Source: Verrucomicrobiota bacterium (GTDB lineage Bacteria > Verrucomicrobiota > Verrucomicrobiia > Limisphaerales > Palsa-1400). Taken from it: a DNA stretch of 64,000 bases. This document shows, in pieces, positions 39,690 through 49,046 of this stretch. The position numbers and the translations under genes were made by a program. Under the pieces are notes generated by a model. That model was not told the origin of the DNA. It saw only the letters and a list, made by a program, of their open reading frames with translations, and searched no databases. The number at the start of each line of letters is the position of its first letter. The stretch's first letter is position 1. The DNA is taken from contig JBEKYR010000003.1 of the NCBI GenBank assembly GCA_049510745.1, positions 128,001 through 192,000 on the forward strand, given 5' to 3'.

Positions 39690-40810
39690 TTCGCGTCGCC
39701 ATCGTGGGTTGCGGCAAGGTTGCCGACACTCATGCGGAGGTTCTTCAACGCATTCCCGGCTGTAAAATTGTCGGCGTCTGCGACCGCGAATCATTGATGG
39801 CCGAACAATTGGCCTCCAGGCTCCAGGGAGTGGGCGCTTTCTCGGATGTGGGCCGGATGCTTTCGGGCTGCTCCCCGACGGTCGTCCATATCACCACCCC
39901 TCCGCAGGCCCATTTCGACGTGGCCCGCGAATGTTTGGAGGCGGGTTGCAATGTCTATGTGGAAAAGCCCTTTACGATCAATGCCGCGCAGGCGGTGGAA
40001 CTGGTGCGGCTGGCGGAATCACGCGCCAGGAAGCTGACGGTGGGCCACAACACGCAGTTTTCGCCCGTGGCCAGGGCCATGCGCCAGATGATTGCCGCCG
40101 GCTATCTGGGCGGCCCGCCGGTCCATATCGAAAGTTACTACTGTTACGACTTCGGCGATGAGCGTTATGCCAAGGCCTTATTGGGCGACAGCGATCATTG
40201 GGTGCGGAAACTGCCGGGCGGCCTGTTGCATAACATCATCAGCCACGGCATCGGGAAAATTGTCGAATTGATGAAGGGCGACGATCTTTTCATTCAGGCC
40301 CACGGCTTCACCAGCGGGTTTTTGCGGCGCATGGGCGAGACGGAAATCAAAGACGAACTGCGGGTCATCCTGCGGGATCAGAGCGGGACCACCGCCTACT
40401 TCACCTTCTCTTCTCAAATCAGTCCGCCGCTGCACCAACTGCGTGTGTTCGGCCCCCGCAACTCGCTGGTTTCCGACCACCACCACCAGACCCTCATCAA
40501 GGTGCCGGCCAAGGCCTACAAGAGCTATCTCAATCAGTTTATCCCTCCTTTCATTGACGCGCGCCAGTACATGGCCAACGGCTTTCGCAACATCCGCAAG
40601 TTCCTGGCCCGCGACTTTCATGCCGACTCCGGCATGCACTTCCTGGTCTCCGCGTTTTACCGGTCCATCGAGGGCGGCGAGCCGTTGCCCATCCCGTATC
40701 GAGACATCATTTTGACCGCCAAAATCATGGACGAGGTTTTTTCCCAGATCAACGGCGTCGAAACCCGCGCGGGCAGGCTCGAACAGACTCTATGCTCACC
40801 GAATTGCTGA
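39686..40810 (+). CDS. Gfo/Idh/MocA oxidoreductase
   Basis: VAIVGCG, HITTPP..H and YVEKP motifs. Confidence 0.87.
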   Translation: MIRVAIVGCGKVADTHAEVLQRIPGCKIVGVCDRESLMAEQLASRLQGVGAFSDVGRMLSGCSPTVVHITTPPQAHFDVARECLEAGCNVYVEKPFTINAAQAVELVRLAESRARKLTVGHNTQFSPVARAMRQMIAAGYLGGPPVHIESYYCYDFGDERYAKALLGDSDHWVRKLPGGLLHNIISHGIGKIVELMKGDDLFIQAHGFTSGFLRRMGETEIKDELRVILRDQSGTTAYFTFSSQISPPLHQLRVFGPRNSLVSDHHHQTLIKVPAKAYKSYLNQFIPPFIDARQYMANGFRNIRKFLARDFHADSGMHFLVSAFYRSIEGGEPLPIPYRDIILTAKIMDEVFSQINGVETRAGRLEQTLCSPNC

Positions 40811-41391
40811 CACACATGCTGGGCGGCACCTGGGAATTGAAGGAACGGTGCCGCGCCGCCAGACCCGGCCTGAAAAAACGGCTCTTGCTTTTTCTTTACC
40901 TGCATGGATTGCAGAAGAAAGGGTCCTGGATTTCCCATGATGCGCGCTTTGCCGGGGCGCCCTGCTTTCCTCACGGCCCTTATGGAATTTTTATCTCCGG
41001 CGCCTGCGTCGTCGGCCGCAATTGTATCCTCTTTCACCAGGTCACCATCGGCTCCAACACGCTGGTCGATTCCTCCGGCATGGGCGCTCCGGTCATTGGC
41101 GACAATTGTTATATTGGCGCAGGGGCCAAAATTATTGGCAAGGTCAAAATTGGCGACAACGTCCGCATCGGCGCCAATGCCGTAGTGCATGCGGATGTGC
41201 CTTCCAACAGCGTCGTCGTTTTGTCTCAGCAACGCTTGATTCAGAAGGAGAGGCCGCAGAACAACCGGTTTTACCAGCAACATAACGGCCGCTGGGAATT
41301 CTTTGAGGGCGGAGGCTGGAAGAAGGAAAACGACCGCGAGATCCTGGCGAAGTTGGAGGCCGAATTTGGAGGAAGAGAACCTTCGTCATAA
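40792..41391 (+). CDS. CysE/LacA-type hexapeptide acetyltransferase
   Basis: FPHG..GIFI, HQVTIG, PVIGDNCYIGAGAKIIG and IGANAVV. Confidence 0.85.
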   Translation: MLTELLTHMLGGTWELKERCRAARPGLKKRLLLFLYLHGLQKKGSWISHDARFAGAPCFPHGPYGIFISGACVVGRNCILFHQVTIGSNTLVDSSGMGAPVIGDNCYIGAGAKIIGKVKIGDNVRIGANAVVHADVPSNSVVVLSQQRLIQKERPQNNRFYQQHNGRWEFFEGGGWKKENDREILAKLEAEFGGREPSS

Positions 41392-41422
41392 AATCAACCA
41401 CCGTGTCAACAATCCCTGACTA

Positions 41423-42862
41423 ATGCCCCCCGTCGTCGCACTTCTGTTCTGTTCCGCTTTTGTCCTCTTCCTGCTTTGCGTGGACCGCCGGCAGGCGCCG
41501 GCGGCTCCCGGCAGCCTTTGGATTCCAACCATTTGGATGATGCTTTGCTCCTCCAAGCCGGTGGACCTGTGGCTGGCGGGGAGGAGCGCCGATATGGCGG
41601 AAGGCAGCGGCGTGGACCGGAATATCTTGCTTGCTTTTATAGGCGTCGGCCTCGTCGTCCTCAGCACACGCCGGTGGAATTTCCGGGCGGTCTTGCGCGC
41701 AAACCGATGGCTGCTGCTGCTCTTTGTCTATATGGCAGTAAGTCTAATATGGTCGGATTACACTTTTGTTTCCTTCAAGAGATACATCCGCCAATGGAGC
41801 ATGATTCTCATGGCGCTCATGGTCGCCACCGAGCGGGATCCCGCCAGCGCCTTTGAAACCATTGTTCGACGGACCATCTATGTCCTGATCCCATTCTCCA
41901 TCCTGCTCATCAAATACTACCCGGACTACGGCGTTGAATACGCCCGATGGACGGGCGAACGGATGTGGGTGGGGGTGACGACGCAAAAAAACGGCTTGGG
42001 CAGGTTGTGTCTTATCAGCGCCCTTTTCCTGGTGTGGACTTTTATTCGACGTTGGAAGCGGAAGGACCCGGCCGTCAAACACGAGAATATCACCACCGTC
42101 CTCGTTGCGGCCATGGTCCTCTGGCTTTTCCGGGGTCCTGGCACGGCCTATAGCGCCACCTCCATCATCTCCATGTGTATGGGCGTTGGCGTCATGCTCT
42201 ACCTTTTGAAGTCTCATATCCGCGGGCTGCCCCCTCGCATGCCGGTCTTTGCCGCCGTGGCCGCCGCGTGTATCCTTTACGGCGTCAGTGTGCCTTATCT
42301 CGGTACAATTGGGACCGCCGCCGTCACCAGCAGTCTGGGCCGGGACAGCAGTTTTACCGGGCGGACGGATATCTGGGATGAAGTGATGGTGTTCGCCAAA
42401 CAACACGCGTTTTTGGGGGTGGGCTATGGCGCCTTTTGGGTCAACAAACCCATTCACATTGAAGTGAGCGAGGCGCACAACGGTTACTTGGACGTCGCGG
42501 TTGAACTCGGATACGTCGGGGTGGCTTTATTGGCCGCCGTGTTCTTTTCCTTTTTGGGGCTGGCAAAAGAGGTGCTGAGGCGGGATTTCTATTTCGGATG
42601 TTTCGGCACTGCTTTTATGCTCGTCCTGTTGTTGCACAATATCACCGAGACAAGTTTTTTAAGGACATCCCAGATGTGGTCCACATTCGTCTTTATACAA
42701 ATCTGCTTTTCGACGATCTCCGTGAGCGAAGCCTATGCCGATGCGGCTGCCGAAGCGGAATCCAGTGACGCGGCCGGGATCGGTCAACCAATTGTCAACG
42801 AGCCTGTTCCGCGGCTGCGCTCAAGGGCTCTGGCGGCCACGGGCTTATCAATGGCGGAATGA
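41423..42862 (+). CDS. O-antigen ligase/Wzy polymerase family membrane protein
   Basis: Many TM helices; KNGLG, TGRTDIW and AHNGYLD motifs. Confidence 0.88.
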   Translation: MPPVVALLFCSAFVLFLLCVDRRQAPAAPGSLWIPTIWMMLCSSKPVDLWLAGRSADMAEGSGVDRNILLAFIGVGLVVLSTRRWNFRAVLRANRWLLLLFVYMAVSLIWSDYTFVSFKRYIRQWSMILMALMVATERDPASAFETIVRRTIYVLIPFSILLIKYYPDYGVEYARWTGERMWVGVTTQKNGLGRLCLISALFLVWTFIRRWKRKDPAVKHENITTVLVAAMVLWLFRGPGTAYSATSIISMCMGVGVMLYLLKSHIRGLPPRMPVFAAVAAACILYGVSVPYLGTIGTAAVTSSLGRDSSFTGRTDIWDEVMVFAKQHAFLGVGYGAFWVNKPIHIEVSEAHNGYLDVAVELGYVGVALLAAVFFSFLGLAKEVLRRDFYFGCFGTAFMLVLLLHNITETSFLRTSQMWSTFVFIQICFSTISVSEAYADAAAEAESSDAAGIGQPIVNEPVPRLRSRALAATGLSMAE

Positions 42863-42871
42863 CCGGCACGT

Positions 42872-44083
42872 GTGCCTATTGGCCAAGGCGGCGCCAATTC
42901 CCAGACTCAGCTTCGCGAAAGCCAAACAGTGGAACCCCTCGACACAATCAAGAAGCCAATCTCGACTAAGAAGCGGAATCTCGACGTTCTGACGTCTTGG
43001 CGGTTTTTCGCCGCGGCGATGGTCGTTTTTTTTCATTTTGGCGCGAAGCCGTTTGCCGCCGGTCCGGAAGTCCTCCTCCGCATCATTAAGAACGGCTATC
43101 AGGCCGTCAGCTTCTTTTTTATCCTCTCCGGTTTCGTTTTAGTTTACACTTATTATGATCCCGCCTCCCACACTGGAATGAACACCACCCCGCGGCGTTT
43201 CTGGCTCGCCCGTTTCGCCCGAATCTATCCAGTTTACGCTCTCGCCCTGGTCCTGGCGTTGCCTGTCTTTCTCTGGACAGCACTCTCCAAAAAATCCATG
43301 TCTCCGCTGGAAATCGGCCTCACGTTGAGTTTGGCGCCAGCGCTTCTGCAAGCGTGGGTTCCGCCCATTTGCCTGGCTTGGAATATACCGGCATGGTCGC
43401 TTTCTGTGGAAGCTTTCTTTTACCTTCTGTTCCCATGGTTGGCCTCAACCATGCTTCGATGGAAGACCCATTCGCTTCTTATCACGTCTGCGGTGATTGC
43501 GATTTCGGTCCATGCCTTGCAGCATTGCGTTTTCCCGTTGGCGGAGACCGGTGCGCCGGGTCCGGTGGCGACCAGCAGCCATCATTTTTTTGCTTATTCT
43601 CCTATCTTTCATCTTGCGACGTTTGTCTTTGGCATGGCGTTGGGCAGAGCTTACTTGAGGATTTCGACGCAAGATCGGAATTCAGCTTTTTTCAATACGC
43701 TCATGATCGCCAGTCTGGCTTCAATTTGCATCCTGCTCTCTCTCCATGGCCTAATAAGACCTGTCTTCCTGTCGGACACCGTCATGGTGCCGATTTATGG
43801 ATGTCTCATTTTTTCATCTGCGCATTGCTCCGGGATGCTTGAGGCCGTTTTGGGCAATCGATGCTTGGTGGCCTTGGGAAACGCAAGTTATGGCATCTAT
43901 ATTATTCATCACCCCGTGGGTTGGTGGTTAAGCATCTGTTTGAGGCCGCTCTATAACCGTCATGCCATTTGGTGGTTCGCTTTGTATTTTGCCGTCGTCG
44001 TCGGCGCCAGTCTCTTCATTCACAAATACTTTGAAATGCCGCTGAAAAACAAATGCCTGACACGATTTGCTCCAAAAAAGTGA
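42872..44083 (+). CDS. Acyltransferase-3 family O-acyltransferase
   Basis: RFFAA.MV...H, FFFILSGF, RFARIYP, WSLSVE.FFY and SYGIYIIH. Confidence 0.9.
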   Translation: MPIGQGGANSQTQLRESQTVEPLDTIKKPISTKKRNLDVLTSWRFFAAAMVVFFHFGAKPFAAGPEVLLRIIKNGYQAVSFFFILSGFVLVYTYYDPASHTGMNTTPRRFWLARFARIYPVYALALVLALPVFLWTALSKKSMSPLEIGLTLSLAPALLQAWVPPICLAWNIPAWSLSVEAFFYLLFPWLASTMLRWKTHSLLITSAVIAISVHALQHCVFPLAETGAPGPVATSSHHFFAYSPIFHLATFVFGMALGRAYLRISTQDRNSAFFNTLMIASLASICILLSLHGLIRPVFLSDTVMVPIYGCLIFSSAHCSGMLEAVLGNRCLVALGNASYGIYIIHHPVGWWLSICLRPLYNRHAIWWFALYFAVVVGASLFIHKYFEMPLKNKCLTRFAPKK

Positions 44084-44370
44084 AACGGTATCCGGGCGAT
44101 CATCCGCATGCACGAAAGCCGGTCTGAGCGCGTCCTCTCTTGTGATGTTGAGCGCTGGCAGCGCTCGCCGGGTTTGCACCGGGCAGTGGCGCTTGCATGC
44201 GTTGACCATTTTGCCGGCACTCTTAACCGTGTTTCCCGGGGATCGCGCTTCTTCCAACCCACTGGCCGTGGATCGCCTTGGCTGCCGCGTGGCGCTGGCG
44301 TTTGCAGGATGAACAGGCAGGAACAAGAAAGCGACGGTCAAAAGCAGTCCGCGTCTTGGGATTTGACTGT

Positions 44371-44386
44371 TGGCACGTGATGTGCT
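44371..44386 (+). promoter_or_regulatory. Sigma54-type -24/-12 promoter
   Basis: TGGCACG-tgat-GTGCT with GG-N10-GC spacing, about 25 bp before ATG 44410. Confidence 0.55.
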
Positions 44387-44409
44387 GTAATATCAAGATT
44401 GACGAATAT

Positions 44410-46416
44410 ATGAAACAGAACCAGCATTCGGGAGCGGGACGGAAAACAGGCGGAGTGAATTGCCGTCTTTTGCGGCCGCTGGCGGCATTTCCTCTTTCAC
44501 TGCTGTTGCTGCTGGCTGTCCCAGGCGAGACGAGAGCGAATATCATACAGGCGGCGAGCCTTGCGCTCTCCGATGTTCAGGCGGCGGTCAATTCCGCGAA
44601 CAATGGAGACACGGTGGTCCTTCCCGCGGGAACCGCCAATTGGGCCAACTATTGCGGTGTGACCAACAAAGGCATTACCATACAAGGAGCGGGAAGCGCT
44701 CTCACAGTCATAACCAATACCCAGAAAAGCAATGGAAATACGGCGAACGGCTGTGTGCTTATCGTCAGTCTTGCTCCAAACCTGATGACTCGGATAACGG
44801 GCATCGGGTTTGACGGAAGCACAACGGCGAACGGGATTTACATCCTTGGCCCTGAGTGGGGATTCTTTCAGGTGGATAATTGTTCGTTTGCTCATTTTTT
44901 TGCTACTGCCATCCAACCCTGTACTCTAACCGGACTGATTAACTCCTGCACTTTTATAGACGATGTTATGCCGATTGAGGTCACGCCGACAAGCTATCAG
45001 AACGACTCGTTTTTGCAGCCCCTGAGTTTGGGGACAACCAATTGTGTTGTGACGGAGAACTGTGTTTTTCTCACTTATAATTCCAGTTGGTACAGAACCC
45101 CCACAACCGGAGCCTCTTTTTCCCAAGGCAACGGTTCCAGGACTGTTTTCCGATATAACACCTGGACCAATTTTAACACCAACCTGAGTTTTTATCCGAT
45201 TCTCGACGCGCATGGAAACATGCTGCCGGTCTCGAACAGCGTGACTGGATGGACGCCGTCAACCGCTGTCGGAACCAATTATGGCGGCGGACGAGGGACG
45301 CGTCAGTTTGAAGTGTACGGCAACCTTTTTGTTTCGCCCGCGCCCACCGTTGACCGGCTGGTCCACCTTCGCGGTGGAACCTGCCTCGTTTATTCCAACA
45401 CCTATATCGGGAGATACATGAACACTTTCTTTTATATGCAGGAAGAGGACGGCCCTTCGCGGTGGACCAATCTGGTCACCTATCAAGGCTACGACCAGCA
45501 TTGGCTTAACATCTGGGCCAACATCGTCAATGGAAACCTATGCACGAATGTCGGTTATTCGGCGTCAAGCGATGCCGCGTTTATTCTCCCCGGAACCAAC
45601 CTTTTCTGGAGCCCCACGCCGTTGGCCAATCCTGAGATGACAAGTTATACCCCGCTGGTTTATCCCCATCCGTTGGCGGCGGCGCAAGCGCCCCCAGCCC
45701 CTCCTGCCGCGCCGACAAATCTGCGCATCCTCGGACAGGCGCAACCGCCGCCGCCAACGCCGCCGCCTGTTACGAACGTGACGAGCGGGCTTGAACTCTG
45801 GTGGACTTTCGACGCCGGCAGCGGCGCCACAGCCATCGATTCCAGCACCAACGGCAACACCGGAACCTTGTACGGTTCGCCGGCCTGGACGACCGGCATC
45901 ATAAGCAACTGCTTGAGTTTCACCGGGTCATCGTCACAGTATTGCAGCATCGCCAGCGCCCCCGTGAGCGCCCCTCCAATGACCCTTTGCGCCTGGATCA
46001 ACACGACATCCACGGGCAGCAATTACATAGCGGGGGAATGGCACACCGGAGGCGGCAGTTACAACTGTTATGCCATTTCTATAAATGCCGGCAACATCGC
46101 CGCATGTGAGTTTTCCGGCAACTCCGGCACTTTCGACGTTTCACCGTCCACTTACAACGACGGCAAGTGGCATCATGTTGCCGCCGTCTGGTCATCCAGC
46201 TCCTTGGTTGTGCTCTATGTGGACGGAAATCCGGTTCAAACCGGCATGTTTATGACCCCGCCTTCCGTTTCCATGCAGGCGTTTGCCGTCGGGTGCGCTG
46301 CGACAACCACACAAAGTCAATATCTGACAGGCGAGGTTGATGATGTGCGCCTGTATAACCGCGCCCTCTCAGCCGGCGAGGTCGCCAATCTTTATAACCT
46401 GACAACAATATGGTGA
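44410..46416 (+). CDS. Secreted protein: beta-helix-like N-domain, Pro-rich linker, C-terminal LamG domain
   Basis: Signal peptide, DVQAAVNSA..GDTVVLPAG, YPHPL, poly-Pro linker, and WHHVAAV...LYVDG...GEVDDVRLYNRALS. Confidence 0.8.
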   Translation: MKQNQHSGAGRKTGGVNCRLLRPLAAFPLSLLLLLAVPGETRANIIQAASLALSDVQAAVNSANNGDTVVLPAGTANWANYCGVTNKGITIQGAGSALTVITNTQKSNGNTANGCVLIVSLAPNLMTRITGIGFDGSTTANGIYILGPEWGFFQVDNCSFAHFFATAIQPCTLTGLINSCTFIDDVMPIEVTPTSYQNDSFLQPLSLGTTNCVVTENCVFLTYNSSWYRTPTTGASFSQGNGSRTVFRYNTWTNFNTNLSFYPILDAHGNMLPVSNSVTGWTPSTAVGTNYGGGRGTRQFEVYGNLFVSPAPTVDRLVHLRGGTCLVYSNTYIGRYMNTFFYMQEEDGPSRWTNLVTYQGYDQHWLNIWANIVNGNLCTNVGYSASSDAAFILPGTNLFWSPTPLANPEMTSYTPLVYPHPLAAAQAPPAPPAAPTNLRILGQAQPPPPTPPPVTNVTSGLELWWTFDAGSGATAIDSSTNGNTGTLYGSPAWTTGIISNCLSFTGSSSQYCSIASAPVSAPPMTLCAWINTTSTGSNYIAGEWHTGGGSYNCYAISINAGNIAACEFSGNSGTFDVSPSTYNDGKWHHVAAVWSSSSLVVLYVDGNPVQTGMFMTPPSVSMQAFAVGCAATTTQSQYLTGEVDDVRLYNRALSAGEVANLYNLTTIW

Positions 46417-46464
46417 GGGAACCCCTCCTTTCAATCCCCTTCTCAGACGCCAAAGAGACGCGCC

Positions 46465-47436
46465 ATGATGCAAAACTTTGTTCATCCAAACACCAAAGCG
46501 CCTCTTCAGAGCGATTCTGAAGGCAATTTCTTCTGTTTGGCAGACAACAAACGCATCGTTCATCAGTGTCACGACGGCTGCTGTGACTTTGTCACGGCCA
46601 GTTCCGATGTGCGGCAGGCCAGAGAGGCCTATGACGAAGCCTATGCGCGCGCGCACACGCCTTTTTTGACCGAAGCGGCGGTGACAGAGGCTTGGCACGA
46701 TAAAACCGTGCCGTGGCGGAAAACCATGCTCCAGAGTCTGGGGCCGCTTTCCGGCCGCCGGGTGCTGCTTCTGGGCAACGGCGCTTCCTTCAAGGAGTTT
46801 TACTTTCTTCTCCTTGGCGCTCGGGTTGTGTTCACCGACATCTCACTCGTCGCCGCCCGCGAGGCCCAGACCCAGTTCCGCCAATCGGAGCTTTTCCAAA
46901 AGTATCAGGATTCCATTGCATTTCACGCGGTGGACGCCATGCGCCTGCCCTTTCCAGACCAATCCTTTGACGTCATTTACGGCGCAAAGTTCGCGGGCTT
47001 TCTCCCTGGTATTCCGGATTTTCTGGCGGAAGTGCGGCGCTGTTTGAAACCGGGGGGGATTTGTAGATTCGGTGATGATGCTGCTTCGCCAGCTTGGGAA
47101 GCCGTCAGACGCACCGTCGTGCTTCCGGTGAAGGCTCTCCGCAAGTCCAGGACTTCCTTGGACACGGTCCGGTCCGCTTCCGGCTTTGGCATCAGCCAGG
47201 AAACCTTGACCCCCTTCGTCGGGCCGTCTGGTTTCAGCCGGCTCGTGTTCATCCGCGAGTTTTTTTTCCTGCGCGTCGCGCAATTGTTTTTCGGCAAGCT
47301 GTTCAATTGGGACCCCAAAAAACTGCGCTGCGCCAGGCCGGTTTACTTCATGCTAAAATGGATCGATGATTGTCTTGCAAATACGGCGTGGATGCGCCGG
47401 AATTCGTTGGCGCTGACCTGGGGATTTGACCGTTAA
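46465..47436 (+). CDS. Class I SAM-dependent methyltransferase
   Basis: VLLLGNG, TDIS, DAMRLPFPDQSFDVIY and RCLKPGG motifs. Confidence 0.85.
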   Translation: MMQNFVHPNTKAPLQSDSEGNFFCLADNKRIVHQCHDGCCDFVTASSDVRQAREAYDEAYARAHTPFLTEAAVTEAWHDKTVPWRKTMLQSLGPLSGRRVLLLGNGASFKEFYFLLLGARVVFTDISLVAAREAQTQFRQSELFQKYQDSIAFHAVDAMRLPFPDQSFDVIYGAKFAGFLPGIPDFLAEVRRCLKPGGICRFGDDAASPAWEAVRRTVVLPVKALRKSRTSLDTVRSASGFGISQETLTPFVGPSGFSRLVFIREFFFLRVAQLFFGKLFNWDPKKLRCARPVYFMLKWIDDCLANTAWMRRNSLALTWGFDR

Positions 47437-47515
47437 CAACGAAGCTGCCGGCGACGGCGACGCCCTTGAACCGGGATGTCCTATTGCAACAGCCGGGCGA
47501 GATCCCAGTCCATTA

Positions 47516-49000
47516 ATGGTTTCCACCACGACACCGAAGGAGGTTGAACTCAAGCGGGTTTCCGCTCTGGGAGGGGCTCACACCGTCCTGGCCCAAGGTG
47601 TCTGTTACGCGGCCCAAATGGTGAGCACGGTCATTTTGGCCCGGCTCTTGACTCCAAGGGATTTTGGACTGGTGGCGCTGGTGACTTCCATCACGTCGAT
47701 GTTGGGCTATTTTGGAGTCGATTTGGGCCTGACGGACGCGACGATTCAAAGAAAGGACCTGACACGCGCTCAATCGAACGGCCTTTTTTGGATCAGTGTT
47801 TGTTCCGGCGGATTTTTTGCGCTGGCCACCTGCGCGAGCGCTCCGGCGCTGGCCTGGTTTTACAGGGAACCCCGGCTGGTGCTGATTTCGGTCGCTATCG
47901 CCCCCTCGTTCGTTTTTCAAGGCGTGGCCGTCCAACATCTGGCGCTGTTGAGCAGGGAAATGCGATTCGGAACCGTGGCAATGATCCAATCCGTTTCCAT
48001 CGTGGGCGGGGCGGTCGTGGCCATTGGGGCGGCCTTGTTGGGAGCGGGCTATTGGTCTCTGGTGGCTCAACCGGTGGTCGCCGCCCTAGGCTCCGCTCTC
48101 GCCGCGTGGTCGTTGAACCGCTGGCGGCCCGGTCTCCCTACACGCGGGGTCGGATTGCGCTCCTTTCTCCACTTCGGGCGCAATGTGACGATGTTCAACT
48201 TTCTGAACCAGTTCGCGCGCAGTTTCGACAAAATCGTCATCGGCCGCATTTGCGGCGCGGCGGCCCTGGGGTATTACACCCGGGCCGCCTACCTGCTCTT
48301 GCTGCCGCTGGGCCAGGTCATTTTGCCGTTTGGAAAGGTTCTGGTGCCCGTGTTGAGCCGGTTGCAGGATGACCGGGAGCGGTTTCGAAACTATTTCTGC
48401 AAGGCGCTCAATGCCGCCGCCTTCGGCATTTTTATTCCCGTGGCGGCGTTGATGGCGCTGTCGGATGATGTCATTCTTGTCCTTTTGGGGCCTGCTTGGA
48501 AGGAAAGCGCCTTGCTTTTCAAGGTGCTGGCGCTTTCGGCCCTGACCCAACCGCTTTTCAGCGCTGTCACCTGGGTCGCGACCGCCCAGGGCAAGACGCG
48601 GGAAATGCGCCAATGGTCGCTGGTCAGTGCGCCGCTCATCTGCGCGGCCTTCCTGGTCGGCGCCAAGTGGGGCGTGGTCGGCGTTGCCGCCAGTTACACC
48701 GTGACCTCCTACACCATCCAGGCCTTTGGTCTGAACTACCTTTTGGGCGGCACACCCATAAACTCCAGGACCATCCTCGCCTCGGTCTGGCGGCCGGCTT
48801 TCATCAGTGCGCTGGTGTTTTTGGGGGCTTCGCTCTGCAGCCATTGGACCGCAGCCAGCGGGCCGCTGCTTCGCATTATCATCGCCTCGTTATTTGGATT
48901 TCTCCTGGCGGCGGGGGCCGTCGCGAGCTGGCCATCCGCCCGGAAAGAAGTGATGGGATTGTGGGCCACGTTCAAACTTCTGCGGAGCCCGTCAACATGA
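47516..49000 (+). CDS. Wzx flippase (WzxC-like)
   Basis: LARLLTPRDFGLVA, DLGL..ATIQ and GYYTRAAYL; many TM helices. Confidence 0.9.
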   Translation: MVSTTTPKEVELKRVSALGGAHTVLAQGVCYAAQMVSTVILARLLTPRDFGLVALVTSITSMLGYFGVDLGLTDATIQRKDLTRAQSNGLFWISVCSGGFFALATCASAPALAWFYREPRLVLISVAIAPSFVFQGVAVQHLALLSREMRFGTVAMIQSVSIVGGAVVAIGAALLGAGYWSLVAQPVVAALGSALAAWSLNRWRPGLPTRGVGLRSFLHFGRNVTMFNFLNQFARSFDKIVIGRICGAAALGYYTRAAYLLLLPLGQVILPFGKVLVPVLSRLQDDRERFRNYFCKALNAAAFGIFIPVAALMALSDDVILVLLGPAWKESALLFKVLALSALTQPLFSAVTWVATAQGKTREMRQWSLVSAPLICAAFLVGAKWGVVGVAASYTVTSYTIQAFGLNYLLGGTPINSRTILASVWRPAFISALVFLGASLCSHWTAASGPLLRIIIASLFGFLLAAGAVASWPSARKEVMGLWATFKLLRSPST

Positions 49001-49046
49001 TTCACAACCCGCCTTCCCTCGCGGGGCGGACAACCAAGATTATTGC

